DNA of 64,000 bases from Cyanobacteria bacterium P01_A01_bin.123 (GCA_039815185.1 JBCBZT010000002.1:128001-192000); one strand, 5' to 3'. Counted from the first letter of the stretch, positions 19,581-29,832 are shown. Made by a program: numbers and translations. The notes: a model not told the origin generated them from the sequence alone.

Positions 19581-19771
19581 TATGCCGTATGATGCGATTC
19601 GCGAGTTGAACCACATCCAATTGAGGAATTTCAGTAGAGGCGTAGAGTCCTGCGTTTTTACTGAAAAAACTATGAATCTGGATGTAGCCAAGGTTTAAAT
19701 GATCTGCAAATAGGTACTTCGGCAATATTTTGAGTTAACTTTGTACTCTAGCTGATGCGCTAAATTCTTCT

Positions 19772-20281
19772 TTGAGTAATGTGATCACGCTTTCTCTGCT
19801 ACATCCTCTGAATAAGACACCCCTTCAACATTGGACTTTTGAAAAGGAGTCAACCATTTGCATTGGCCGCTCAACTGATAATGATGTGATTCTCTACAGC
19901 GCAGTGGTATCGCGACATCATGTTGAATTACGTCCAACAGAGCGGGGATGGGATGTGGTTAGTATCGGCACCAACGGTACTTATCTGGAGGGTAAACGAA
20001 TTACCCAAGTCCCTGCTGAGGACGGCATTGTCATTCGGTTAGCCCGCTCTGGCCCGAATATCCAGATTCGATTGGGCGCTGAAGGACGAGAAGCCGTTAA
20101 GGCTGCGATTGCAAATAAACAAAGCTGGTCGTCAACCTCCCCATCGCCATTAGCAAAACCAGAGGCGGGCACTGACTCAGGGGAGCTGTTAGTTGATAAA
20201 ATGCCCCTGCAACCTACCACCAATCATCCGGTGATGGATGGCCATCTAACCTTACCGAGCGACGCTTATGTTGATTCATGA
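19772..20281 (+). CDS. FHA domain protein
   Basis: IGRSTDND, VSRHH, GTNGT FHA motifs. Confidence 0.88.
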   Translation: MSNVITLSLLHPLNKTPLQHWTFEKESTICIGRSTDNDVILYSAVVSRHHVELRPTERGWDVVSIGTNGTYLEGKRITQVPAEDGIVIRLARSGPNIQIRLGAEGREAVKAAIANKQSWSSTSPSPLAKPEAGTDSGELLVDKMPLQPTTNHPVMDGHLTLPSDAYVDS

Positions 20282-20317
20282 TGTCGAGTAAGTAATGCAG
20301 TCGCTGTTGATGGCGCT

Positions 20318-20992
20318 ATGGCTAGAGGAGATCAAATTTATGTCATGCGTCAACTGATAGGGTTGCCGGGCGCTTATGAGCATCATGGGATTGATTGTGG
20401 CGACGGTAGCGTTATTCACTATCGCAAGGTGGGGGAAGCAGAAATTTCGCGGACTTCCAGAGCTGCCTTTGCCCAAGGGCAAGGGATTCATAAACAGTTC
20501 CAACCCCTGTCGTTGATTACTAATGACGTGATTGCACGCGCTGAAAGCCGGTTGGGCGAACGTCAATACGATCTATTTGTGAATAACTGTGAGCACTTTG
20601 CCACTTGGTGCAAAATCGGCCGTAGCGAGTGTGAGCAACTGGCAACCTTCGGCCTCCGCCGAGAGTGGCTAAAACGTCCAGAAATGCAGTCACTGATTGA
20701 ACAAACAGCCCGCGATCGCTCCCCAGAACAAGCGATCGCCCTCTTTCAGAAAGCAAACGGCGATATTGCCATTGCTCGACGCAGTGTTCAAAGTCAATAT
20801 CAACGGGCCCAGCAAGACCAAGAGACATGGCATCGAGTTGCTCAAAAGGCGCTCGCAAAAGACCGAGAGGATTTAGCCCGTGCCGCCCTCCATCGCAAGG
20901 TTGAGGCCAAGAAAAAAGCCAGCCAGCTTCAGACTCATTTAGACCAGCTGATTGAAATGCAGTTTGCATTGCAGCAGGCACGTGGGGTTTAG
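20318..20992 (+). CDS. LRAT-family (permuted NlpC/P60) protein with a PspA/IM30-like C-terminal coiled coil
   Basis: EHHGI, VIHY and YDLFVNNCEHFATWC; C-terminal W..VAQKALAKDREDLARAALHRK. Confidence 0.85.
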   Translation: MARGDQIYVMRQLIGLPGAYEHHGIDCGDGSVIHYRKVGEAEISRTSRAAFAQGQGIHKQFQPLSLITNDVIARAESRLGERQYDLFVNNCEHFATWCKIGRSECEQLATFGLRREWLKRPEMQSLIEQTARDRSPEQAIALFQKANGDIAIARRSVQSQYQRAQQDQETWHRVAQKALAKDREDLARAALHRKVEAKKKASQLQTHLDQLIEMQFALQQARGV

Positions 20993-21131
20993 GGAGGGAG
21001 GACAGTCGGTAGAATTAGGGAAGATTATCTGGGGAGAGAATTTGAACGCGGTGGACAAGACGGCCTGTCAAGTTGCCGAGGAAGCTATTCCCACTTACAT
21101 TACGGCGCTAGAAACGCTGCGTTAACTCACT

Positions 21132-21980
21132 ATGTTAGAACTACATTGCCACACCACCTGTTCGGATGGATCCTTATCCCCCACAGAATTAGTCAATGCC
21201 GCTATCGCAGCTGGGGTTCAGGCCCTAGCCATTACGGATCACGATACGGTTGCAGGGTGGGATGAAGCTATGGAAGCTGCTGCCAACCAAGATCTAGAAA
21301 TCGTGCCGGGTCTAGAATTGAGTACGATGTACAACGAGCGATCGCTTCACATCCTCGGATTTTATCCCGATCGAGAGAAGCTAACACCAACGCTAAAAGA
21401 ACGTCTTGAAGGGCGTAAGCGGCGGGCTAAAAAAATAGCTGATAAATTAGCAGCCTTGGGTTATCCGATCGAACTGCCGGTCATCCCTGACAATATGGCC
21501 CCAGGCCGCCCCCATTTAGCCGCAGCATTGGTCGAAGCAGGACATGCTACAACTCACGACGAAGCCTTTGATCGGTGGCTAGGTGATAATGGCCCGGCCT
21601 ACGTACCCTATGAAAAGCTCTCGGCAGTAGAGGGGATTCAACGCTTAAGACATTGCGGCGCGGTGCCGGTTTGGGCCCATCCCTACTTATTTCGTGGGGG
21701 TACTGTCGCAGAGGTGTTGCCTGAATTGATTGCAGCTGGGTTAATGGGTGTTGAGGCTTACCACCCCACCCATAGCCCCAACCAGCAACAGCAGTTGATC
21801 GGCTTGTGCCGCCAATATGGTCTGTTAGTCACCGGGGGAAGTGACTATCATGGGCCTGCTAAACCTGGGTTTCAGAAAACCACGTTAAATCAGCTTCAGG
21901 TGCCCTTAACCCATCTAGAAAAGCTCCAAGATGCTGCCTTACAACTCCGGGGATTCAGGGCGTTAGACGATGATGATTAG
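21132..21980 (+). CDS. PHP-domain phosphoesterase (TrpH/YciV-like)
   Basis: LHCHTTCSDG, ITDHD, RPH, AHP, GGSDYHG motifs. Confidence 0.92.
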   Translation: MLELHCHTTCSDGSLSPTELVNAAIAAGVQALAITDHDTVAGWDEAMEAAANQDLEIVPGLELSTMYNERSLHILGFYPDREKLTPTLKERLEGRKRRAKKIADKLAALGYPIELPVIPDNMAPGRPHLAAALVEAGHATTHDEAFDRWLGDNGPAYVPYEKLSAVEGIQRLRHCGAVPVWAHPYLFRGGTVAEVLPELIAAGLMGVEAYHPTHSPNQQQQLIGLCRQYGLLVTGGSDYHGPAKPGFQKTTLNQLQVPLTHLEKLQDAALQLRGFRALDDDD

Positions 21981-21983
21981 GGC

Positions 21984-23117
21984 TTAGGTCAATGTAATGG
22001 CACCGGCTTTGACCGTCAAAACCTGAGATGAATCGAGCCATTGGGCATCAAATGAACCTAGATGAGTTGTGGTGATTAGGGTTTGAAAGCGGTCTTGGAT
22101 GGCATCGAGCAATTGATTTTGGCGGTTTAGGTCAAGTTCTGCCAAGACATCGTCGAGCAACAGCAGTGGGGGTTCGCCCACCACGGCTTCAATTAGCTTT
22201 AATTCCGCTAGCTTGAGTGATAGCACCAAGGTACGCTGCTGCCCTTGGGAGCCATATTGCCGGGCTGGGGTATCGTTGATGAGAAAGTCCACATCGTCCC
22301 GGTGAGGGCCAACTAAGCTGGTGTGTTGATGCTGTTCGGCTACAGCCCGCTGGCGAATTTTGTCGAGAAAAGCCGCTTGTACCACTGCTGGCTCATCTGT
22401 TTCTAGAGGCACATTTGGAACATAGTCCACCACTAAGGTTTCTGTGCCACCACTGATCAAATCGTGCCAGTGGTGGGCAATCGGCGCGAGGCGATCGATA
22501 ACCCGCGATCGCCGTCGGATCACCCGTGATCCTAACGTCGCCAACTGAGCATCCCAAAGGGCTAGTTGGGTCGAGTCAATTGGTATTGCGTCCCCCACCG
22601 ATTCCGCCTGGCTGGCCTGCCTGAGCAGTGCATTTCGTTGTTTCAAGGCGTGGGTGTACTGGCCCAAAATATGGGCATAGATGGGTTCAAGCTGGGTCAA
22701 GAGGGTATCGATCCAAAGTCGCCGCTCCCCTGGCCCACCCCGCACTAAGTCCAAATCGAGACTCGAAAACTGCACGGCATTGAGGGTGCCCAAAAAGTCC
22801 ATCTGGCGGCGGAGTTTTTCACCATTAAGAATCGCTGTGCGACGGCTACCCTGGCGCAAAATCAAGGCCATTTCTGTGGTGGTCAGATCCCGTTGCAGAG
22901 TGGCGCCAATTTGCCCGGTTTGAGCGTTGTCTTGCACCAGGTCGCGATCGCGGCTAGTGCGATGGGACTTGAGTGTCGCCAATAGCTCCACGGCTTCTAG
23001 CAGATTAGATTTGCCTTGGGCATTGTCTCCCACCAAAATTGTCTTGGGTGCGTGAAACTCGACCCACTGCTCTTGATAGTTGCGAAAGTGCCTCAAATGC
23101 AGGCGCTGCAAATACAT
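21984..23117 (-). CDS. recF: DNA replication/repair protein RecF
   Basis: [41 protein letters not shown]. Confidence 0.97.
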   Translation of the reverse strand: MYLQRLHLRHFRNYQEQWVEFHAPKTILVGDNAQGKSNLLEAVELLATLKSHRTSRDRDLVQDNAQTGQIGATLQRDLTTTEMALILRQGSRRTAILNGEKLRRQMDFLGTLNAVQFSSLDLDLVRGGPGERRLWIDTLLTQLEPIYAHILGQYTHALKQRNALLRQASQAESVGDAIPIDSTQLALWDAQLATLGSRVIRRRSRVIDRLAPIAHHWHDLISGGTETLVVDYVPNVPLETDEPAVVQAAFLDKIRQRAVAEQHQHTSLVGPHRDDVDFLINDTPARQYGSQGQQRTLVLSLKLAELKLIEAVVGEPPLLLLDDVLAELDLNRQNQLLDAIQDRFQTLITTTHLGSFDAQWLDSSQVLTVKAGAITLT

Positions 23118-23237
23118 GGACGCTGGCTACCCGACAAACAATCTGGATCCACTGGCGGAATTCCCATAGTATAGGCCGCCCCTTGCCCCTGTCTGCCCAT
23201 ATAGCTATTGCCCCAATTTGTTGTGAGATAGGTGGAG

Positions 23238-23269
23238 GTTCCCAGTGCGATCGCGATCGCACTGGGAAC
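23238..23269. repeat. Perfect 32-bp palindrome centred on two overlapping HIP1 sites
   Basis: GTTCCCAGTGCGATCG|CGATCGCACTGGGAAC. Confidence 0.9.
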
Positions 23270-23275
23270 GGCTGG

Positions 23276-23887
23276 CTAGAAATTAGAGATCTTGACGTCT
23301 TCCTGGGCAACGAACCAGGTGTTCCGATTTTGTGGGCTAATCTCCTCACCCAATACAACCAAGTAATCGTCACCCTTGGGTTCAGAAGAGAGTAGGTAAT
23401 AAACTTTCTTATTCTCGACCTGATACCAGGTAGTTCCGTTGCCATCAGGATCATCTTCTTGTAGAAGCGTCATTTCCTGTTCATCAATCTTGAAGGAAGC
23501 GCCCGAGGCGTTGGAAACCTCTAACTTTATCTTGGCATTCCATCGCTGCTTAAAACCTTCTTGCATTGGCAAGGGAATGACCTCTTGGAGAAAATCCAAA
23601 GCATCTTCCTGATGACCACTGATCGATTTTGTGCCTTTATATGAACCCGGTAAATTCTCCATAGATAAAGAGGATTGGTCAGTGCCTGGGGACTGGTTTT
23701 TCCCGACACGCCACTTTTGAGCGAACTGCTCAATAATAGTCTTATCGGTAAGCTCATTATCAATCTGCAGTTGTAGCCACTTCAAAGCACGCTTCTGAAC
23801 ATCTTGTTTTTGCGGATTGTTGAATGTGGCAGGATCCTTAATCATATCCCTTAAAAAGTTAGGCGCAGACGAAGTTGAGTTAGTCAT
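23276..23887 (-). CDS. Hypothetical protein with a duplicated Q..AL.(W/F)LQ...F..(K/R)W helical motif and a beta-rich C-terminal domain
   Basis: 203-aa ORF with upstream AAGGA; internal repeat visible in the translation. Confidence 0.7.
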   Translation of the reverse strand: MTNSTSSAPNFLRDMIKDPATFNNPQKQDVQKRALKWLQLQIDNELTDKTIIEQFAQKWRVGKNQSPGTDQSSLSMENLPGSYKGTKSISGHQEDALDFLQEVIPLPMQEGFKQRWNAKIKLEVSNASGASFKIDEQEMTLLQEDDPDGNGTTWYQVENKKVYYLLSSEPKGDDYLVVLGEEISPQNRNTWFVAQEDVKISNF

Positions 23888-24719
23888 AGTGATATTCCTT
23901 GCAGGGCATGGAGAGGTTGATAATCGCTAATTGGCGAATAAAATTCAGAGTTAGCGCGGTGATAGCATCAATCTGCGTCAGAAAACCTTGCCATTAATTG
24001 ACAGGATCCTCTGTACAGGACAAAACTTTCGATAATGGGTTCTAAAAACGCCTGGAGTCCTTATGGGATAAGACCTTTAGGATAATTGTCGGAATCCCTA
24101 CTGTGTATGACTTGCAGGTTTTTTATCCTGTGTCTAGGACAGGGTCATATCTTCCCTGATCTCAGAGAGATTCATAGGATGGGTATTAAATTGCAAAAAA
24201 CTTTGAGAAATTTGGATAAGTCTCAAAAACCAATGGCTTCAACTGTTAAAGCTCTGTCAGGACTCTTCAGAATTTTGATTTTATCTTCAATGCATCTGAA
24301 GCATAAGAGACTTGCTATTACTATATAGCCAATTTCAATTTAAAGCGAAGATTTAAACTGAAAGATACAATACTCGTCTTTTTTAGAACATCTGATTATT
24401 CATACAAAAATGGCAAATCCTCAAAGATCTAGGTGGTTAATAGAGCTTTGCCAATATCTATCGGTTATTTGAGGCAGCTATGACGGGGATAATTAGCCGA
24501 GTCATGCCGCCCGACAAGTTCTTTAAATGTCTCTAAAAAATGAAAGTTGCTAGTTATCGAAAACAGGTAATTTCAAGTGTAAAATTCTCTAAATTTAGTA
24601 GCGGAAATTACCTGAAAGCTGTCTTTTTTGTATGCAAAAGTACTAAAGCAGCCAGTAACTAGCAACTTGGAGTGTTAGCTTAATCCGGTATATTTGAACT
24701 CACCATCGTGTTACTAATC

Positions 24720-25568
24720 TTATCGAGATGCCCTAGCGGGTCTGAGCCTAAATTGTCCATGACGCCTTACCCGTTGTTGTTCTTGAGGGTGCCTGTCTGT
24801 CACGGGTGGAGCCGTCGCCATTAAAATTTTTTCCATCAGCCAGGGTGCAATGCGATCGCCCCATACCGCTAAATGGCTTTGCCATCCCACCAAGATTTCT
24901 GGCGTTCCCTTTTGTAATCCAACCATCAGCACTTTTGCCACTTGCTCTGGTGTGCTCGGCACCACCCCTCGAAACCATTGGAAATTGCGCACCATATCGG
25001 TATCCGTCAGCGAAGGCAATAAGGCCGTTACCCGAACGTTGTAAGGTGCCAGTTCACTGCGCAACGCCTGGGTGAAGCCTTGAATCGCAAATTTAGTTGC
25101 AGAATAGGTCGCCATGGTGGGGGCTGCGATTTTGCCCATGAGACTAGAGACATTGACGATCTGCCCTTCCCCTTGAACAGCCATACGTCGACCAATCAGC
25201 CGTGTCACGGTATACATACCCACCAGATTGGTCGCCAGCTCTTCTTTCACCTGCAGTAATTTGGAGTGCAAAAACGGCGTTTGGTATGCGACTCCTGCGC
25301 AATTGACCAGGAGATGGATCGGGCCATAGTCACGCCAAGCATGGGCGATCGCAATATTGACTTGTACGGGCTGCGTCAGATCGAGTGGCAGGGTAACAAC
25401 CTCTACCCCCATCACCCTGACTTCATCGGCAACGTCGCTCAGGCGCTGGGGGGTTCTGGCCACCAATAACAGTTGTTTTATGCCCTGTTGCGCTAGTTCT
25501 AGGGCGATCGCTCGGCCAATGCCACGAGAAGCCCCAGTAATCAGGGCAGTTTTTCCTTGAATATCCAT
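24720..25568 (-). CDS. Short-chain dehydrogenase/reductase (classical SDR)
   Basis: TGASRGIG, NCAG, YSATK catalytic YxxxK; GGAGG RBS before the ATG at 25568. Confidence 0.93.
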   Translation of the reverse strand: MDIQGKTALITGASRGIGRAIALELAQQGIKQLLLVARTPQRLSDVADEVRVMGVEVVTLPLDLTQPVQVNIAIAHAWRDYGPIHLLVNCAGVAYQTPFLHSKLLQVKEELATNLVGMYTVTRLIGRRMAVQGEGQIVNVSSLMGKIAAPTMATYSATKFAIQGFTQALRSELAPYNVRVTALLPSLTDTDMVRNFQWFRGVVPSTPEQVAKVLMVGLQKGTPEILVGWQSHLAVWGDRIAPWLMEKILMATAPPVTDRHPQEQQRVRRHGQFRLRPARASR

Positions 25569-26110
25569 GATGAACCTCCAAAATTGGGGCCTCACCGCAA
25601 TCAGAACGGCTACCGGGTTAATCAAATCACGGGTGATTAACACCGGTATACGGTGAGACGATAATCATTCAACATCAGCGAATGCGTTTGGCTAAGCGAT
25701 CAGCGACAAAACACAAGTTGGCAACATGGCGACACCTTGCCCCAGTGAGGAATAGTCCCACGTACAAATCGTGGAGGCCATATTGCCGAGTAACGGATAG
25801 ACGTTTGAGCTAGGACGACAGTCGTTAGGAGACAAGTGAAGAAGAGAGCGTAATGATTGGCCTTAGCCTTCTAAAACAGGGGAGCAATGACATTTGAGCG
25901 GGGGCCAGTTCAACCACATCCGATTTGAAAACTTGGGCCTTTAGACCAGAGGAACATCCCCGATCTGGATGTGGACTAGGTTTAAATCACAAATCACGCT
26001 TCTTCGGACCGTGCTGAATCAATGCAATGGTGCAGTGTCAGAATGCAATGTTAAGCATGCTAGGGGAGTCTCCTAAGTGCAAAAACTAATCGAAGCAACT
26101 AACAGTGCCT

Positions 26111-26139
26111 ACGCTAGCAACCCAATCAAGCATCTGCAA
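26111..26139 (-). promoter_or_regulatory. Putative sigma70-type promoter facing the SDR gene
   Basis: Minus strand TTGCAG-17 nt-TAGCGT with an extended -10 TG. Confidence 0.35.
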
Positions 26140-26354
26140 CATTTATTAATCAAAGTCGAATATTGTTATAGTCCGAAATAATATTTCTCATAAAGGCGAT
26201 CGCCTTATAACAATAGGCAATTATCTATATTGACTGATCAGCCATGATCCCGAGTGCTTGGTCAGCGATCGCAATCATCGAGCGAGAATGAACATTTACC
26301 CCAGCATAGGGAGATTCATGATAGAGATTTATCTGTCCTTATCGTGCTGATTCA

Positions 26355-26822
26355 TTACTTTGTGGGCCAAGTATTAAACGGGTGCTTGACCAAGTAAGAA
26401 TTGAAATAGCGTGAATCGCCAGACACCTCTTTCCCAATCCAATGCGGGAGGGCGAAGGTTTGATCGGGCCGATTCAGCTCGATTTCGGCCAAAATTAAGC
26501 CGCGATTGTCGCCCATAAATTCGTCCACTTCCCACACCAGGTCGCCGATCGGAATTTTGGTGCGGATCTTTTCAACCCACGGACGCTGACAGAGGGTATC
26601 CAGCATTGCCTGGGCGTCGTCTAGGGGAATCGGATATTCAAATTCAGCCCGACTGACGCCATCCGAAGGGCCTTTTATCGTCAAATAGCCTTTGTCTCCA
26701 GCAATTCGTGCCCGCACTGTGGGTTGGGTTGATAGATAGCCCTGACAATAGCGGATGCCTTGTCCCAGCGATCGCCACTGATCACCGACTACTAAAAACT
26801 TACGTTCAATCTCAGTACCCAT
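26355..26822 (-). CDS. CYTH domain protein (triphosphate tunnel metalloenzyme)
   Basis: EIERKF, LTIKG, EFEY, WEVDEF, AEIE motifs. Confidence 0.92.
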   Translation of the reverse strand: MGTEIERKFLVVGDQWRSLGQGIRYCQGYLSTQPTVRARIAGDKGYLTIKGPSDGVSRAEFEYPIPLDDAQAMLDTLCQRPWVEKIRTKIPIGDLVWEVDEFMGDNRGLILAEIELNRPDQTFALPHWIGKEVSGDSRYFNSYLVKHPFNTWPTK

Positions 26823-26883
26823 AATTTGGAGACTTGCCTATCCTCTATCACCCGTGACCCATCCTCCCACTATGCCCACTCAC

Positions 26884-27867
26884 TCAACGAATTCCCTGAT
26901 GTAGATACAAAAAAGCCTCTACCTCTCGGCGAGTGGGCTGGGCTGCGATCGCGCCCGGACGCAACGTGGCTAAAGCACCCACAGCGCTGGCAAAAGTGAC
27001 TGTAGCTTTGGCTGACTCCGGAGTTGCAAAGGCACCCATACCTTGTTCGCACAATTGATGCAAAAATCCAGCCAGAAACGCATCTCCAGCCCCCGTGGTG
27101 TCTTCTACATCAACCTCAAAGGCCGGCACAGCGCCATAATGGGCACCTAAATAATAGGTGCATCCCGCATTGCCAGCAGTGATTAAGACCCCTTCGAGCT
27201 GATTGAGTTGTTGGCGAATGATCTTGGGGTCGTCCGTCCCAAATAACCAATGAGCCTCATCAACAGAGAGTTTCAGAAAATTGGCTTGCTGTAAAAACTT
27301 CAAAATGATTGCTGGGGCCACCGCCGGATCAGGCCAAAACATCGGTCGCCAATTGACATCAATCACCACTTTGGCGCATTTGTCTTCTCCATAGCGCAGT
27401 ACTTGAGTCATGGCTCGCCCGGTGTCTGGATAGGCAAGGCCCAAGGTACCCATCACCAAAAACTGCAATGCATCAAAACTTTCTGGGGCAACCCACTCAG
27501 GTTTAAACTGAGCATCAGCAAAACAGGTCGGGTCAGGCTGACTAAAAGCCGCAAAGTGGCGATCGCCCTGCTGATCGCGCAACACGTAAACTAAGCGTGT
27601 CGGCAAAGTTCGATGCAGCGTCGCATAATCACAATTCACCCCTACCTCAGCTAGTGTCGCAATCAACGCTCTACCCGACGCATCGTTGCCAACACAACCC
27701 ACAAACCGAGATGTTGAACCTAGCTTGGCCAGCGCTGCGGCCACATTGGCTGGCGCTCCGCCAGGGTAGGTTGTCCAAGATGTCACCGCCGCTAATGGCA
27801 ATCCGGGCTGGTCGGCCAGGCAATCCACTAGCGCCTCTCCGAAGCACAACACAGGTGCAGGGGTCAC
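26884..27867 (-). CDS. PfkB-family carbohydrate kinase (fructokinase-like)
   Basis: GGAPANVA, DVNWRP, DTTGAGDAF motifs. Confidence 0.92.
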   Translation of the reverse strand: MTPAPVLCFGEALVDCLADQPGLPLAAVTSWTTYPGGAPANVAAALAKLGSTSRFVGCVGNDASGRALIATLAEVGVNCDYATLHRTLPTRLVYVLRDQQGDRHFAAFSQPDPTCFADAQFKPEWVAPESFDALQFLVMGTLGLAYPDTGRAMTQVLRYGEDKCAKVVIDVNWRPMFWPDPAVAPAIILKFLQQANFLKLSVDEAHWLFGTDDPKIIRQQLNQLEGVLITAGNAGCTYYLGAHYGAVPAFEVDVEDTTGAGDAFLAGFLHQLCEQGMGAFATPESAKATVTFASAVGALATLRPGAIAAQPTRREVEAFLYLHQGIR

Positions 27868-27987
27868 AGGGCGTTCCTCAAAAGCCTAGTCAAGATTAAC
27901 AGAGACCCGCGATCGCGACTGCGCAAAACTTGTGAAGTTTGCTGATGGCCGCTCAAGCATGATCACGCCTGCGTCTCAAATTGGTTA

Positions 27988-28959
27988 CTAATGCAACCGT
28001 CTCAGCACATAATTGGACAGATCCAGTAATGCTTGGCAAGAATCGGAGGGCGGTAAATCACTCAGACAGTGGTTAGCTAACTTGACGTGGTAAGCCGCAA
28101 GTTCGCGGGAACGTTCAATCCCTCGAGATTTTTCAATCAGCGCGATCGCCTGCTCAAAATCGTCCGCCTCTGCAAATTCCCGCTCGATCATCTTAGCTAA
28201 GCCGGGGTGTTCCTCTAACGCATACAGTACGGGTGCTGTCAGGTTGCCACTTTGTAAATCTGAGCCTGCCGGTTTGCCCAAGACCTCCACTGAGCCAGTG
28301 AAGTCGAGAATGTCATCGACAATCTGAAACGCCAATCCCAAATTGCGACCATAGCCATACAGCTGTTCCGATGCGGCTTCGCCAATGTCGCTGAGAACCC
28401 CGACTGATTTAGCACTGTTGGCAATCAGCGACGCGGTTTTGTAATAGCTTTTTTCCAAATAAGCCTCAATAGAAAGCTCGGTATCAAATCGATTTAACCC
28501 TTGCTGAATCTCGCCCTCGGCCAAATCCATAATCACTTGGGACAGCAGCTTGACCACCGTCAAATTGTCTAAGTTAGCGAGGTACCAAGACGATTGGGCA
28601 AACAAGAAATCTCCAGCCAGAACGGCAATCCGGTTACCAAAACTGCTGTGAACCGTAGGCACCCCGCGACGAACAGCAGATTCATCAACCACATCATCGT
28701 GCACCAGGCTAGCAGTATGAATCATTTCAGTGATCTCAGCCAGTCGCCGATGCTGGGGAGTAATGCCTGATTCTGAAGCCGTGGCTCGGGCCAACAATAG
28801 CACCACAGCAGGCCGAATGCGCTTACCGCCGGCCCCAAAGAGATGCTCCGCAGCAGCATACAGAATCGGGTGACGAGCACCAACTAAATTTTTGAGATTA
28901 TCCGTCAGCAGACGGAGGTCGGCTTCAACGGGCGAAAAAAGAGAAATTGCAGAAGTCAT
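27988..28959 (-). CDS. sds: Solanesyl diphosphate synthase
   Basis: GKRIRP, DDVVD..RRG, KTASL, FQIVDDILD; adjacent to murI as in other cyanobacteria. Confidence 0.9.
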   Translation of the reverse strand: MTSAISLFSPVEADLRLLTDNLKNLVGARHPILYAAAEHLFGAGGKRIRPAVVLLLARATASESGITPQHRRLAEITEMIHTASLVHDDVVDESAVRRGVPTVHSSFGNRIAVLAGDFLFAQSSWYLANLDNLTVVKLLSQVIMDLAEGEIQQGLNRFDTELSIEAYLEKSYYKTASLIANSAKSVGVLSDIGEAASEQLYGYGRNLGLAFQIVDDILDFTGSVEVLGKPAGSDLQSGNLTAPVLYALEEHPGLAKMIEREFAEADDFEQAIALIEKSRGIERSRELAAYHVKLANHCLSDLPPSDSCQALLDLSNYVLRRLH

Positions 28960-28982
28960 AGAGATATCGACTCTGGCAGTTT

Positions 28983-29000
28983 ATTACGAAATTTTACATT
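28983..29000. promoter_or_regulatory. Possible HLR1 (RpaB-binding) direct repeat upstream of sds
   Basis: ATTACGAA-AT-TTTACATT loosely fits (G/T)TTACA(T/A)(T/A)-N2-(G/T)TTACA(T/A)(T/A). Confidence 0.35.
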
Positions 29001-29632
29001 ATCTATATTCATTCTAAGCCAAGCCCCCAGTATGTGAAATAAACCTTCAAAGGATCATCTTTTTCCTGAAGCCTAGGGGGTAATTTCACACCTGCGATCG
29101 CGGACGCAACTCGCCCCGGCATTTTTTGTAGCTTTTTATACAAAATAAAGGGTCGTCTTCAAGGAAAAGTCCTCGTTTCAGGACACCTTTTCCGGCAGTC
29201 TGAGATTTGTAAAAACACGCTAAAAAGCCACTCATATTTGGATCGCTTATGCTATCTTGATAGTAAGATTTTCGGAAAAATTTAATATTGAGAGCAAAAG
29301 TTAGGTCAGCGTTAAAAGTGCGCTGTTTGTCTACGAGATGTAAAGATCGGGGAAATTGTTTACACCTGATTTTCTGTTTGGTGGTTTCTCCAAGACACCT
29401 TTAGGCCAAGCGGAAGTAGACGACAGGATAGAGCAGATCCAGTGCTTGATTAGCACCTTGATGGCCAACTTAAGTCTCCTTATGAATTTAGCCAGATAAA
29501 GGCCAGCATTTTGTTGGGCTGGATTGGCATATTCTTCTAGTTGCCCTTGGTTTTCACTCAGGGTAGCTGAAATTAAAAACTCAGTTAAGCAAAACTACCT
29601 TAGTTCCTCCCTCTCTGCCGCTCGATCACGCT

Positions 29633-29752
29633 ATGAAATACGGTGCCATTCCATTAATTATTCCGATGCTTGCCATCGTTTATCTATTAATCGTCTACGG
29701 CGTTCTAGCCTTGGCTAGGCTTTCTAATCAACCCAGTAAGCCAGAAGGTTAG
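29633..29752 (+). CDS. Unannotated 39-aa single-TM small protein
   Basis: Manual translation MKYGAIPLIIPMLAIVYLLIVYGVLALARLSNQPSKPEG*. Confidence 0.5.
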   Translation: MKYGAIPLIIPMLAIVYLLIVYGVLALARLSNQPSKPEG

Positions 29753-29832
29753 TGTGCCACTCAGCTAGGAAGCCCAGATGCCCCAACCCAGCCACTCGTT
29801 GTTTTGAGCGGCGCGAGCTTCGGGACATTGAG

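Noticed and set aside
24086..24328. 80-aa ORF in AT-rich DNA
   Set aside because: TTG start, no RBS or recognisable motifs
24410..24512. c-di-GMP-I riboswitch (GGCAAA...CTATGAC)
   Set aside because: No GAAA tetraloop or GACGCAAA core; only generic hairpins
24720..25568. hetN
   Set aside because: Has VQGEGQ where HetN has ERGSGR
29524..29718. 64-aa ORF from the track
   Set aside because: Random-looking composition; the overlapping 39-aa TM frame is more protein-like
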